The notes under the pieces: generated by a model
Told to the model about the DNA's origin: nothing
The model's database searches: none
The model's input: only the letters and a program-made list of their open reading frames with translations
Assembly (NCBI RefSeq): GCF_030144855.1
Contig: NC_082712.1
Span: 89,590,001-89,654,000, forward strand
DNA: 64,000 bases
Direction: 5' to 3'
Source of the DNA: Hypanus sabinus
Taxonomy: Eukaryota
In this document: in pieces, positions 46,972 through 58,895 of the stretch
Position numbering within the stretch: the first letter of the stretch is position 1
How the letters are laid out: each line of letters begins with the position of its first letter
Translations under genes and position numbers: made by a program

Positions 46972-47126
46972 TGGGCAAACCCATTCCAGTGGAGCAGAAC
47001 CTCAGCCCCTCCCACAGCGACATCGAGAGACTCCACAAGCTGTACCTGGATCACCTCACCCGCCTGTTCGAGGAACACAAGACCCAGTATGGCATCGCAG
47101 AGGACAGCCACTTGGTGTTTATATAG
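46972..47126 (+). CDS. MOGAT1/2-type acyltransferase exon 6 (155 nt, stop)
   Basis: ttttcccag acceptor; VGKPIPVEQNLSPSHSDIERLHKLYLDHLTRLFEEHKTQYGIAEDSHLVFI-TAG. The six exons sum to 1008 nt, 335 aa, with compatible phases. Confidence 0.95.
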
Positions 47127-47210
47127 CAGAGGCTACACCTTCCCGGGATGTCAAGTCCAACCGGTAGACCCCAGAACCAAGCCTCAGTCCTTCCGCCTCA
47201 CCTTGATTGT

Positions 47211-47216
47211 AATAAA
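47211..47216 (+). terminator. Probable polyadenylation signal of the + MOGAT gene
   Basis: AATAAA 85 nt after the stop codon. Confidence 0.6.
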
Positions 47217-47358
47217 TCAGACCACTGTCATTATCTCAAACTCTGCCTTTTCCCTGCTATGTATGTTGACTCTGCATCTGTATCATGGAGCTCAGCTCCC
47301 TCTCAGAGGGTCAGGACCATCCCTGCTAGGGGAGCAGAATGTTGTCCTTGGCTTGAGT

Positions 47359-48196
47359 TGTGATGGGACAGTGTAGAGGGAGCTTCACTCTCTGTCTGAC
47401 CCCGGGAGTGTGTGATGGGACAGTATGGAGGGAGCTTCACTCTGTGTCTGACCCCGGGAGTGTGTGATGGGACAGTGTAGAGGGAGCTTCACTCTCTGTC
47501 TGACCCCGGGAGTGTGTGATGGGACAGTGTAGAGGGAGCTTCACTCTGTGTCTGACCCCGGGAGTGTGTGATGGACGGTGTGGAGGGAGATTCACTCTGT
47601 GTCTGACCCCGGGAGTGTGGGATGGGACGGTGTGGAGGGAGATTCACTCTGTGTCTGACCCTGGGAGTGTGTGATGGGACAGTGTAGAGAGAGCTTCACT
47701 CTGTGTCTGACCCCGGGAGTGTGTGATGGGACAGTGTAGAGGGAGATTCACTCTGTGTCTGACCCCGGGAGTGTGTGATGGACAGTGTAGAGGGAGCTTC
47801 ACTCTGTGTCTGACCCTGGGAGTGTGTGATGGGACAGTGTAGAGGGAGCTTCACTCTGTGTCTGACCCTGGGAGTGTGTGATGGGACAGTGTAGAGGGAG
47901 CTTCACTCTGTGTCTGACCTGGGGAGTGTGTGATGGGACAGTGTAGAGGGAGCTTCACTCTGTGTCTGACCCTGGGAGTGTGTGATGGGACAGTGTAGAG
48001 GGAGTTTCACTCTGTGTCTGACCCTGGGAGTGTGTGATGGGACAGTGTAGAGGGAGCTTCACTCTGTGTCTGACCTGGGGAGTGTGTGATGGGACAGTGT
48101 GGAGGGAGCTTCACTCTGTGTCTGACCCTGGGAGTGTGTGATCGGACAGTGTACAGGGAGCTTCACTCTGTGTCTGACCCCGGGAGTGTGTGATGG
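47359..48196 (+). repeat. 52-nt minisatellite (GTGTGATGGGACAGTGTAGAGGGAGCTTCACTCTGTGTCTGACCCCGGGAGT), about 16 units
   Basis: Homogeneous tandem array; resembles a repeat I recall as common in shark and ray genomes. Confidence 0.95.
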
Positions 48197-48490
48197 CATA
48201 TTCTCACTTTCACTCACTCATGTTGATTCTGCCATGGAATATGCAATGCTGCTGCTCAGAATACAAAATAATATTCCCCTCTAATTTAGATCCAAAGCAA
48301 CACAGAGCAGGACTAAAGAACCCTGTGAAACACTGGTAAATGGGGCAGGGGGATTTGCTGCAGTAGATGGGGGATGGTAGGAGTTGACACAGGCCTTGTC
48401 CTCTCAGGGTGGTGGGTGTGTTAGTATCAGGCCCTATGGAGATTAACTAAACCACCGATGCTGTGGGTGGCTGTGAAGTAGCACTCAGGT

Positions 48491-48496
48491 TTTATT
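48491..48496 (-). terminator. Candidate polyadenylation signal of the - MOGAT3-like gene
   Basis: TTTATT on + (AATAAA on -), about 1.6 kb past the stop, at the edge of the decayed repeat. Confidence 0.4.
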
Positions 48497-48519
48497 GGAA
48501 GTAGTTTCCTCAACTTCTG

Positions 48520-50010
48520 GCTCTGACAACAGTGAAGTGAATCTCTTTTCCTCAGGCTCTATTGAGAAGATGACCTGGACCTCAGACTGGTGTAAGTTGG
48601 TCAACAAGGCCTCAAGCCCCATGCGCAGTGAAGCAATTAACGTCATTCCCTGTGGATAATGAACTGGGCCCCTGGCCCTATAGGACATGGCAGTTGGTGA
48701 TCTAGCCTTATCAGAGGTGATTTTCTAGGCCTGTGGCCCTGGAGACCTAGGAAATAATGAACTCATTCTCAGCACCTTGGCAGTTAAACAATTGTTCTGC
48801 CCTCTGACCCAGAAGTGTGATTATGTAGATCTCAGGCACTGTGGGTGTCAACTGGGCCTCAGGACCTGAGGGATATGGTGATCTTGCATAGTTGAAGGTG
48901 GATTCCTAGCTCTCGGTTCCTGAAGGCAATGAAGTGATTGTCTTTCCCTCAGGCCCCAAAAGTGATTGTGATCTGGCCCTCAGGCCCAGTTGAGAAAATG
49001 AAATGGAGACCCCCAACTGTGGGAGATGGTGAACAAGGCCTCTATCCCTGTGGGCAAGGAAGCAAGCTCCAGGCCATGTGGAAAATAGCAATCAGCAAAT
49101 CAGCTTCAAGGTCCAATTGGAGGTAGTTTCCTACCCTCAGACCCAGAGGGAAGCAATGAGATTGTCTTTCCCTCAAGCTCCAAGAGTGATGGTGATCTAA
49201 ACCTCAGGCCTGGCTAAACTCTCACCAGACCTGTGGAAGATGGTGAACAAGGTCTCAGGCCCAATGGGTATCAAATGAACTTCAGATCCTGTGGAACATG
49301 TTGATCTTGCCCTCAGTCACATTTGCAAGTGGGTTCTGAGCTTCTGAGGGCAGTGAAGCATTTGTCGTCACCTAGGCCCTGAGAGTGATGGTGATCTAAT
49401 AAGCATCATCAGTGTAAGGCCCTGCTTTGTAAAGATGAGCTGGATGCTGTGGGAGACTGTGAGTTGCCTCAGGTATTTTTTGGTATACCTGTGTCAACCA
49501 CAACCTCTGGCAGCTCATTCCAGACACTGACCACCCACTAGGTGAAAATCTTGCCCCTTAAGTTCCTATTAAATCTCTCCCACTCTCACCTTCAATGTCT
49601 GCCCTCTAGTTCTTGGTTTCCCAATCCTGCAAAAAAAAAGGCTGCAAGTGTTCATTCTAACTATGCCCCTCCTGATTTTACACACCCCTAAAAGGTTACC
49701 TCTCAATCTCCTACACTGCAATATGTAAGCTCTCAACCTGGTCAACCGCTCTCTGTAAGTCAGTCACTTGAGTCTCATCAACATTCTCATAAACCTCAGG
49801 GCCTGTGGATGTAGATGAACCTGTGGGAGATGGTTAGCTGGGCCCCAGGTTTCATTGGTGGTGCTTGCTAGGCCTCAGAGCCTGTGGGTGTGGATGAACA
49901 AAACCTCAGTCCCTGTGGAAAATTGTGGGCTGGGCCCCAGGGCTTATTGATAGTGCCCTAGGCCTTATGGCCTACAGGAAATAATTGTCCTGCCCTGTCC
50001 CTGTGGGAGA
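48520..50010. repeat. Decayed ~30-nt tandem repeat (approx. TGTGGGAGATGGTGAWCWRGCCCTCAGGCCC), interrupted by a CR1 fragment at about 49490-49790
   Basis: Recurring cctgtgg / gatggtga / cctcaggccc motifs; longer homologous blocks at about 48925, 49146 and 49346. Confidence 0.65.
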
Positions 50011-50099
50011 ATATGGAGTGAAGAAGCTGAGGGTTGGGGTTCGATACTCTTGCTTCACGTGGAGGGATGTGGGTAGAGGGTGAAGAGGGGTGATGGGCC

Positions 50100-50254
50100 T
50101 CAGTATATGGTCAGCTTGGTGTCCTTGGACAGTCCATATCGCATCTTGTGCTTATCAAAGAGCCTGAGAAGGGCTTCCTGGTACAGAGTGTGGTAGCGAT
50201 CCACCTCTTCTTGAGGAGGGTTGGGCATCCTCTTGACAACGATGGGCTTGCCCA
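50100..50254 (-). CDS. MOGAT3: MOGAT3/DGAT2-type acyltransferase (mogat3b-like), last exon (155 nt)
   Basis: taacag acceptor on -; VGKPIVVKRMPNPPQEEVDRYHTLYQEALLRLFDKHKMRYGLSKDTKLTIY-TGA. Family is secure; the symbol is the best reading. Confidence 0.88.
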
Positions 50255-50694
50255 CTGTTAGAGAGAAGAGAACAGCTGTTAAGCAGTGGTTCATCCTCTC
50301 CTCCCACATTAACCCCCGATTACTCTCATTCGACCTTCACCCTGATACTCCATCATCACAGCCCACTGCTCGTGTGGTCAGAGTCAGGAGGGTCTGCCCA
50401 GTGGTGAGGGGAATCAGTGACCCATCCATTGCCTGTACCCCCAACCGTCTGTCTCTTTCTTCCCATCTCTTTCCCCCACATTCCTTCCCTCCCTCCCCTC
50501 TCATACCTTTTTATTCCCTCCCTCCCCTGAAGCTATTGGCAATTGGTCTTTGTTATTGTCACATGTACCGAGGTAGAGTGTTTGTTTTGGTTGCTGTCAG
50601 AGAGATCATTTCACCACATCAGTACATTGACATAGGGTGGCAGGGTGGAGGTACTTCTTTACCAAAGGAGGTGTAAGGTGCTCCTTCCTTTCCT

Positions 50695-51975
50695 TATTAA
50701 GGATGAGGTTTCGGGGTACTTAGAGACTAATAATAAAGTAAGTCAAAGTCAGCATGGTTTCCGTAAAGGGAAATCTTGTATGACAAATCTATTACGAGTC
50801 CTTCGAGGAAGTAACAAGCAGAGTGGATAAAGGAGGGGCATTGGAAGTCATTTACTTAGATTTTCAGAAGGCATTTGATAAGGTGCCACACGAGGGTGCT
50901 TAACAAGGTAAGATCCCATGGCATTACAGGAAAGATACTGGCATGGATAACAGAATGGCTGACAGGTAGGAGGCAGAAAGTGGGAATAAAAGGGGCCTTT
51001 TCTGGTTGGCTGCCAGTGACTAGTGGTGTTCCTCAGGGGTCAGTATTGGGACCGCTATTTTACACATTGTTTGTCAGTGATTTAGGGTAATGGAATTGAT
51101 GGCTTTGCGGCAAAGTTTGGAAATAATATTAAGATAGTTGGAGGGGTAGATTGCAGAAGGACTTAGACAAATTGGAAAAATAGGAAAAAAGTGACAGATC
51201 AAATATAGTGCTAGAAAACATATGATAATGCATTTTGGTAAAAGGAACAATAGTGCAGACTATTATCTAAATGGGGAGAAGGTTCAAACATTAGAGGTGC
51301 AGAGGGACTTGGGAGTCCTTGTGCAAGATTCCCAGAAGGTTAATGCATACGTTGAGTCTGTGGTAAAGAAGGCAAATACAATGTTAGCATTCATTTCAAA
51401 GGGAATAGAATATAAAAACAAGGAGATAATTCTGAAGCTTTATAAGACCATGCTTGCAGTATTGTCAACAGTTTTGGGCCCCTTATCTCAGAAAGGCTGT
51501 GTTGTCATTGGAGAGAGTCCAGAGGAGGTTCACAAAGAAGATTCAACGAAGAGCATTTGGCAGCTTTGGGCCTGTATTACCTGGAATTTAGAAGAATGTG
51601 GGGGAGATCTCATTGAAACCCACTGCATGTTGAAAGGACTATATAAAGTGGATGTGGGGAGAATGCTTCCTATGATGGGGGTATCCAAAACTAGAGGTCA
51701 CAGCCTCAAAATTGAGGGGCTACCCTTTAGCAAAGAAGTAAGGAAGATTTTTTTTTTTAGCCAGAGTTTATCTATGGAATGCTCTGCCACTGACTGTGGT
51801 CCATGTGTGTATTTAAGGTGGAAGTTGATCATTTCCTGATCGGTCAGGGCATCAAAAGATAAGTGAGAAGACCAGTTTATAGGGTTGAGTGGGATCTGGG
51901 ATCAGTCATGATGGAATAGTGGAGCAGACTCAATAGGTAAACTGGCCTAATTCTGCTCCTTTGTCTTATGGTCTT
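50695..51975 (+). mobile_element. 5'-truncated CR1 LINE with reverse transcriptase remnant
   Basis: SQHGFRKGKSCMTNLL, LDFQKAFDKVPH and VTSGVPQGSVLGPLF motifs; CR1 tail cctaattctgctcct...tcttatggtct. Confidence 0.9.
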
Positions 51976-52599
51976 CCCTCTGCTAGCAACATGTAGCACC
52001 TCCTGATCAGGGTCATGGGCCGCCATGGGATCAGGCAGGCAGGTGGTGGATGGTCAGCTGGTGCACATCACAATGCGACCACTGACGTTAGGCAGACAAT
52101 CTCTGAAGAGTATTGATAATGGGGGGGGGTCATCCATTTGAGAAAGTTACTGCCCAGTAGAAGGGAATGGCAAACCACTTCTATAGAAAAATTTGTCAAG
52201 AACAGTCACGTTCAGGGAAAGACCATGATCGCCATCATGTGGCATGGTACATGGTGATGATGATGAGGAAGAGAATAGTGGTGAGGTGTGGGGCAAATGG
52301 GATCGGTCTGAGAGGCAGTATGGGAAGACCATGATCGCCTATGTCATATGACATGGCATATATGATGATGATTCTCACTGTCTACTCTATTGGACACTGG
52401 TTTTTATTATTGTCACAGACACTGAAGTGGAGTGGGAAACTTTGATTTGCACGTCCTCCATACAGATCATTTCATTACACTGAGTTAGTACAGGGGAAAG
52501 TCAATGACAGAATACAGAATAAAGTGCTACAGCTACAGAGAAAGTAGTGGACAGACAATAAAGTGCAAGGCTATGATGGAATTCTCCAAGAGGACAACC

Positions 52600-52955
52600 T
52601 CATCGTTGGGTTCAGAGGCTTGCTTGCCTACCTCAATGACCCAGAGAGCTATGTTCAGGGCTTTATGATTTGGCTCTTGGTAGGGTCACCCAGGCCAAAC
52701 AGGTCAAAGGGTAGAGGTCAGACTAAGAGTGGTCCACTGTTCCTCCAGGTTCAGGGTTTCAACTCAGGGCTGACAACCTAGAATGGTACTCCTACATCTG
52801 AGTCCCAAAGTATTCCAGAGTTTCCAACCAGGACTAACATAACAGACAGTAGTGAAAACCGAGGGGAAGCTACTGACGTGATGAAGGAAGCCCTGAACAC
52901 CGCCAGAGATGGAGGAGCTTCACTGCTGTCCTAAACGCCAGCCGTGTAATGGACA
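52600..52955 (+). mobile_element. RTE/Rex3-like 5'-region-derived element (copies about 8110-8460 -, 24020-24215 plus 24680-24790 +)
   Basis: Shared TGGCTCTTGGTAGGGTCACCCA..CCAAACAGGTCAAAGGGTAGAGG block in three copies. Confidence 0.6.
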
Positions 52956-53911
52956 ACCTGCCCTGACTGACAATGATGAGGTAAATTGAGAGGTCAGGAA
53001 CTATCCTACCATATAAACAGTCCATTCAAGAGTGTGAGTACAGCGGGATAGAAGCACCCTTGACCCCGGTGATACACGCTTTCAGGCTTTACTATTTTCT
53101 GCCCGATGGGAGGGAGAAGAAAGACTGTGTGGGTGGGCGAGTTCTTGGATTTTGCTGGCTGCTTGACAAGTCAGCAAGAAGTTTAGACAGAATCTGAGGT
53201 GAGCAGACTGGTTTCTGGGATGTGCTGAGCTGTGTACACAACTCTCTGCATTCTCTTGCAGTCTCGAGCCGTGATGCATTCAGATAGGATGCTTCCAATG
53301 CTGCAATTTAATAAAATGTTGGTAAGGGTCAACAGGAATGTGCTGAAACTCTTTAGCTTCCTGAGAAAGCAGAGGTGCTGGAGCGCCTGCAGAGAAAAGC
53401 TCACTTTTTGTATCTTCAAAGTAAACCAGTGAGCACATCTACATGAAATAGGAAAGCAGCATCCATCATCAGAGATCCACACCACACAAGCTATTCTCAC
53501 TGCTGCCATCAGGTAGGAGGTACAGGAACCTCAGGACTCACACCACCAGGTTCAAGAACAGTTAGTGCCCATCAACCATTAGGCTCTTGAACCAAAGTGG
53601 TCAACTACATCACTTGCCCCATCTATTGAGAAGATCCCACAACCAATGATCTCACTTTAAGGACTCCTTATCGCATGTTCTCGTTATTTATTGCTATTTA
53701 TCTATATTTGCATTTGCACAGTTTGTAGTCTTCTCCACTCTGGTTGAGCTTTCATTGATCCTGTTTATAGTTACTATTTTATAGATTTGTTGAGTATGCC
53801 TGCAGGAAACAAATCTCAGGGTTGTACATGGTTACGTATATTTTGGTAATAAAATTTACTTTGAACTTTATCAAAGCACATACAGAGTATGCCACTACAT
53901 ACTACCTTGAG

Positions 53912-54420
53912 GGTTGCTAAGGTTGTCATAGGCAGGGTGGTAATGGGGATAAGCTCCCATTACCCTATAAAGTGCTCCCAATGGTGTGTGTCTCTAACAG
54001 CCTCTGACAACCAAGTCTAACTCTTGGCCTTCACGTGTGGCTTAGCCACTAGACCTGGTGGAACTGTTTCTACTGAGAAGAGAAGGGGGAGAGGCGGACC
54101 ACTTGTGCCTCAAAACCAGTTGCCATGGGAAAGGCTTCGGGAGTAAACCCCAAGGAAGAAATCTGGAGCCGGGGTCTCTAAGACAGTTTGATGTTGTTTA
54201 CAACTTCACTCTGGCAACCTCTGCAACGACACTGGTGCCAAGCTGTATCGGCACTTGCCCTTCCCTTGGACTACATCAGTGACGTGGAGAGGGGGAGCCC
54301 ACTGAATGGGCAACAGTCGGTTCTTCAAATCTTCCTGTCAGGCTTGCACCCTGGAGAGGACACAATCCACCAGAGGCGCAAACCCAGGATCCCCTGGGAT
54401 CGACGGCTGCCTACCTCTAC
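53912..54420 (+). mobile_element. Non-autonomous retroposon, probably RTE-related (copies about 3700-4150 -, 56375-56930 +)
   Basis: Three similar copies; this one has a CTAC-type tail and a 12-bp TSD tactaccttgag / taccaccttgag. Confidence 0.65.
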
Positions 54421-55036
54421 TACCACCTTGAGATTCATTCTTTTGCAGACATTTACAAGGAAAATAAATAAATACAATAGAATCTATGAAAAACTACATG
54501 TAAACAAAGACTGAGACACAACCGATGTGCAAAAAAAGACAAATAGTGCAAATCATGATAAATAGATAATATTGAGAACATGAGCTATGGAGACCCTGAA
54601 AGTCAATCTGTAGGATGTGGAATCAGTTAAGTGTTGAGGTGAGTGACGTTTCCACTCTGGTTCAGGAGCCTGATGGCTGAAGAGTAGTAACTGTTTCTGA
54701 AGGGGTCGTGTGGGACCCGAGGCTCCTGTACCTCCTTCCTGATGGTAGTAGTCAGAAAGGAGCATGGTGTGGATGTTGAGGGCCCACAGTGATGGATGCT
54801 ACTTTCTTGTTCCAGTGCTCCTTGTAGGTGTGCTCAGTGGTGGGGAGGGCTTTGCCTGCAGTCTGATGTGATATGATCTTTAATAAAGTTTCACCCATCT
54901 CAGTACATGTGACTTTAATAAACCAATCCCAATATTGAGGTCAGTAAACAGAACATTGACTTCCTGTGGTTGTCCTCTCCCGCTAGGTGAAACGTTGTGT
55001 TAACGAGTGGCAGGGGATGGCCACCGTGATACCCAC

Positions 55037-55239
55037 CGACAGTAGTGATAGGCCTGGCGAAGGGCAGCAGCCCCCAGGAGCGGCTGAACACGAGACCACG
55101 GCCTCTGAACAGGCAGGGAGCGAAGCCTGCCAGCTTCTGGAACTGCCGCTGCAGTCGATTCCCCCAGCTGTCTGGCTCTAGAACCACCTGGTCATAGATG
55201 TCGTTCTCTCCGAAACAGTAGACAGGAACTAGGTCAGCC
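55037..55239 (-). CDS. MOGAT3: MOGAT3/DGAT2-type acyltransferase, penultimate exon (203 nt)
   Basis: ctcag acceptor, gtgggt donor; ADLVPVYCFGENDIYDQVVLEPDSWGNRLQRQFQKLAGFAPCLFRGRGLVFSRSWGLLPFARPITTV (SWGLLPFA.PITTV is MOGAT3-like). Confidence 0.9.
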
Positions 55240-58059
55240 CTGAGTGGAAGGAAGAGAGCAATGAAGAGAGGGCTGTTGTCACCAGAACTGATTGTATCAT
55301 CGGGCCACACAGTACAGGGGTGTTTGATTGCTCTTGGCCTGCACTTGCTAAAGTTTAGGACAATGATGGGACTAAACCTATTGAATATTGAAAGGCCTAG
55401 ATGCAGTGGACATGGAGAGGATGTTTCTGATAGTGGAAGAATCTAGGACTGAAGCGCACAGCCTCAGAATACAAGGATGCCCCTTCAAAACAGAGATGAG
55501 CAGGAAGTTCTTTAACTAGAGGGCAGTGAATCTGGAATTAACTAGGCCAAGTCATTGGGTATACATACAGCAGAGGTCGAGAGATTTTTGATTAGTCAGG
55601 GTGTCAAAGGTTATGGGAGAAGGCAGGAGAATGGGCTTAAGACGGATAATAGATCAGCCTTGGTGGAGCAGACTCAAAGTGCCAAATGGAATAATTCTGC
55701 TCCTATGCCATATGGTCCTATAAAAACATACTCTGTCGCCCAGCTGGAGACTTTGAGGCCTGTCCTGGTGTTGGAGAACTTCCGTGTGTGTGGGTGGGAG
55801 GGAGGAAAGGGGCTTGTTTTCCTGTTGATTTACTTTTGACCCTGTATATTGAGTTTTGTTGTGCTCTGTGTTATGCTGACAATGATGGGCATGCTATATT
55901 GGTGCCAGAATGTGTGGCAACACTTGCAGATTGCGCTCAGCACATCCCTAGGTTGTTAATGCTGCTGAGACATTCCCTCAGGTGCGTTGGGACACATCCT
56001 CAGTGAAGTAACCTGGGGTCATCGGGTGTTCTGGGCCTTTCAACATCAGGTACTCTCGCCCAGGCATCCCAGCCAGGGTTCAGCAGGCCCCGGCTTGTGT
56101 CCCAGCCGCACTGGTCTGCGAGTGACACCTCTCAATCCACAGCCATCTGGAAGTTCGCTCTGCAGCCTCCCCTTTGTAAGGCAAGGAGAGAGTAGGTTCT
56201 GCAGAGCGAGTGGCCAGCAAAACCTCTACACCCCAACCCCACCCCTGACTCTGGCACTGCACTACCAGCTCCTGGTATTTGGCTTTCTAACGCTCAAATG
56301 CCTCAATTCTGCCTTCCCAAGACACTGTCAATTCTACCAAGAACACTTGCTTTTAAAAGACACATTTCACTGAAGAGGGGAAATAAGCTCTCACAACCTA
56401 TTAAATATTCCCAATAGCATGCATCTCAAATAGCTTCTGACAACCAAGTCCAGCTCCTGGTCTTCACATGTGGCTCAGCTAATAAGCCTCACAGAACTGC
56501 TAGTATTGACAGAAGAAGGGGCAAAGGCGGGTTACTGGCATCTTAAAACCAGTCGCTCTGGGCCAATGGGGCTTGTCGGCCATTGTTGGTAGCTCACCTA
56601 GAAGGAAAACTGATCTCAAAACCCTGCTGCCTTGCAGCTATACCCACTCATGGAGAAGGCTTTGGAAGTAAGCCCTGAGGGGAAAAATCCGGAGTTGGAG
56701 TCCCTAAGGCAGTCTAATATTGAGTTCAATGTGGAATGGCATTTTTTGTGAGGCTGCTGGTGCCAAACTGTATCGGTCTCTGCTGTTCCTTTGGGTTCGT
56801 CAGATGCTTGGAGAGGGGAGATTGCTACATGGGCAACAGCTTGTTCTCCATTTTGTACTGCCTAGGCTTGTGTATCTAGACAGCCAGGACACAACATCCA
56901 TGGTCGACCCTGACCAACTGAGGCCTCACTCACTTCTTAAAACATTTTCCTTCTAGTTCTTGATTTCCCAGCCCTGGGGAAAAGACTGTGGGCTCTCATT
57001 CTTTCTGAGCCCTGACAATTTTATACACCCCCTTAAAGTCTCCCCTCATTTGCTAGTATGCCAATGAAAAAAGTCCCAATCTACCATAACTCTACTTCTC
57101 ACCATAACTCAGTCCCTTGAGACTCGATAACATTCTCATAAATCTCCTCTGCACCCTTCCAGCTTGAGATATTATAGCACGATGATCAAAACAATACAGT
57201 ATTCCAACATCTTTCACTTAAATCTCCGCCTTCTAAATCTTGATTCCCCAACTCTGGGAAAATGACTGTGTGCATTTACCCTGGCTATGTCCTTCATGAG
57301 TTTATACATACTCCTGGGGAGTGGAGAGAGAAGGCAAGAGGCTGTGGAGAGTAGTGGGCACAGCCCTCCCCACTATTGATAGTATCTACAAGGTGGCAGT
57401 ATCTGCAATCAAAGATCCCCACCATTCTCACTTCTCACCATTAGGTAAAAGGTACAGAAAGCTGAAGTCTCACACCAGCAGGTTCGGGGGCAGTTACTTT
57501 CCTACAACCATCAAGTTCCTGATCTGATCTACAATACCCTGATTGCTATCTCAGCAAAGTAACACCACCAACCGCTCTGTGGATTGTGAATCTTTTTTTG
57601 CTCTAAGTCTTGTGTTTGAACACGCATTTTTCTTACACTACCAAGGGCATGTCCTTTTCTATCCCTTGTGTTTTGTATAAGATCATAAGATATAGGAGCA
57701 GAATTAGACCATTTGGCCCATCGAGTCTGCTCTGCCATTCAATCATGGCCGAAAAAAAGCATTCTTCTGCCTTCTCCCTAAATTTCAACCCCCTTACCAA
57801 TCAAAAACTTATCAATCATCAACATCAATACACCCAGAGACTTGGCTGACATGGCTCCATGTTCCAAGTTCAAGTTCATTTTCAAGGTATGTATGTGTCA
57901 CTATATACTACCCTGAGATTTATTTTCGTCCAGGCATTCACTGTAGATACAAAGAAATACAATGGAATCAATGACAAGCTACACACGGAGACAGATAAAC
58001 AACTCATATGCAAAACAAGACAAAATATTAACAAAGCATTCAACAATTAGGACCGTTCA

Positions 58060-58197
58060 GCAATATCTATGTAAGTCTTCAGAAAACCACAATACTAAAC
58101 ACCACTAAAATGGTCCAAAAGTTCTCAGTATTTGAGAAATGAGTGTGCTTGGCTATGCCTGTACCTCAGGTTTTACCAGCTTGAACTGAGAAAAATC

Positions 58198-58240
<43 letters not shown>

Positions 58241-58895
58241 GACCAACAAATTCAAGATGATTACTGCAGAAAATGCCAAGAGAAACTAGAAACAATTCAA
58301 AACATTATAGGATCCCGTAGCAGTTTAACTCAAACTGATGACTCACACAGGCACAATCAAGTGGCATACATCATTCACCAACATCTTACCTTAAAATACA
58401 ATTCATACAAGAAATCACACCTTACTGTAAATACAAGCCTGTCCAGCTTTAGTGTCAGAGTCCTACAAATTATATTACAATCCATACGTTATTACAGATA
58501 TGACAATCCACAATAACTGTCCGGATATAATAATACAGGATAAACAAGCAAGAACAACTTACTTAATAGATATTGCCATTCCAAACACACAAAACTTACA
58601 GAAATCAGCAAGTGAAAAACACCAGAAATATGCTGAATAAAAAAGAGGAAATTGAAAGACTATGGAACATTAACACTGTATATATGTCCCAATAATAATA
58701 TCTACAACTGCTATCATCCCAATGGCACTACAAAATAGCATTAAACACTAGGGCTACACAGCAATATTTATGTAAATCTCCAGAAACCGCAATACTAAAT
58801 ACCACTAGAATAGTTTGAAAGTTCTCAGCGATTGAGGAATGAGTGTGCTTGGCTATGCCTGTACCTTAGGTTTTGCCAGCTTGAGCAGAGAAAAA
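58060..58895 (+). mobile_element. Dong/R4-clade non-LTR retrotransposon 3' fragments (restriction-like endonuclease), two tandem copies
   Basis: CRKCQEKLETIQNI...RHNQVAYIIHQHL zinc-knuckle remnant and ITDMTIHNNCPDIIIQDK...LIDIAIP...EKHQKYAE PD-(D/E)xK RLE motif; the 3' end is present twice (58062-58197, 58763-58895). Confidence 0.8.
58199..58237 (+). repeat. (TAA)13 microsatellite
   Basis: Perfect triplet run between two LINE pieces. Confidence 0.95.

Noticed and set aside
47359-48196. CRISPR-like array
   Set aside because: No unique spacers, head-to-tail units, vertebrate context, no cas genes.
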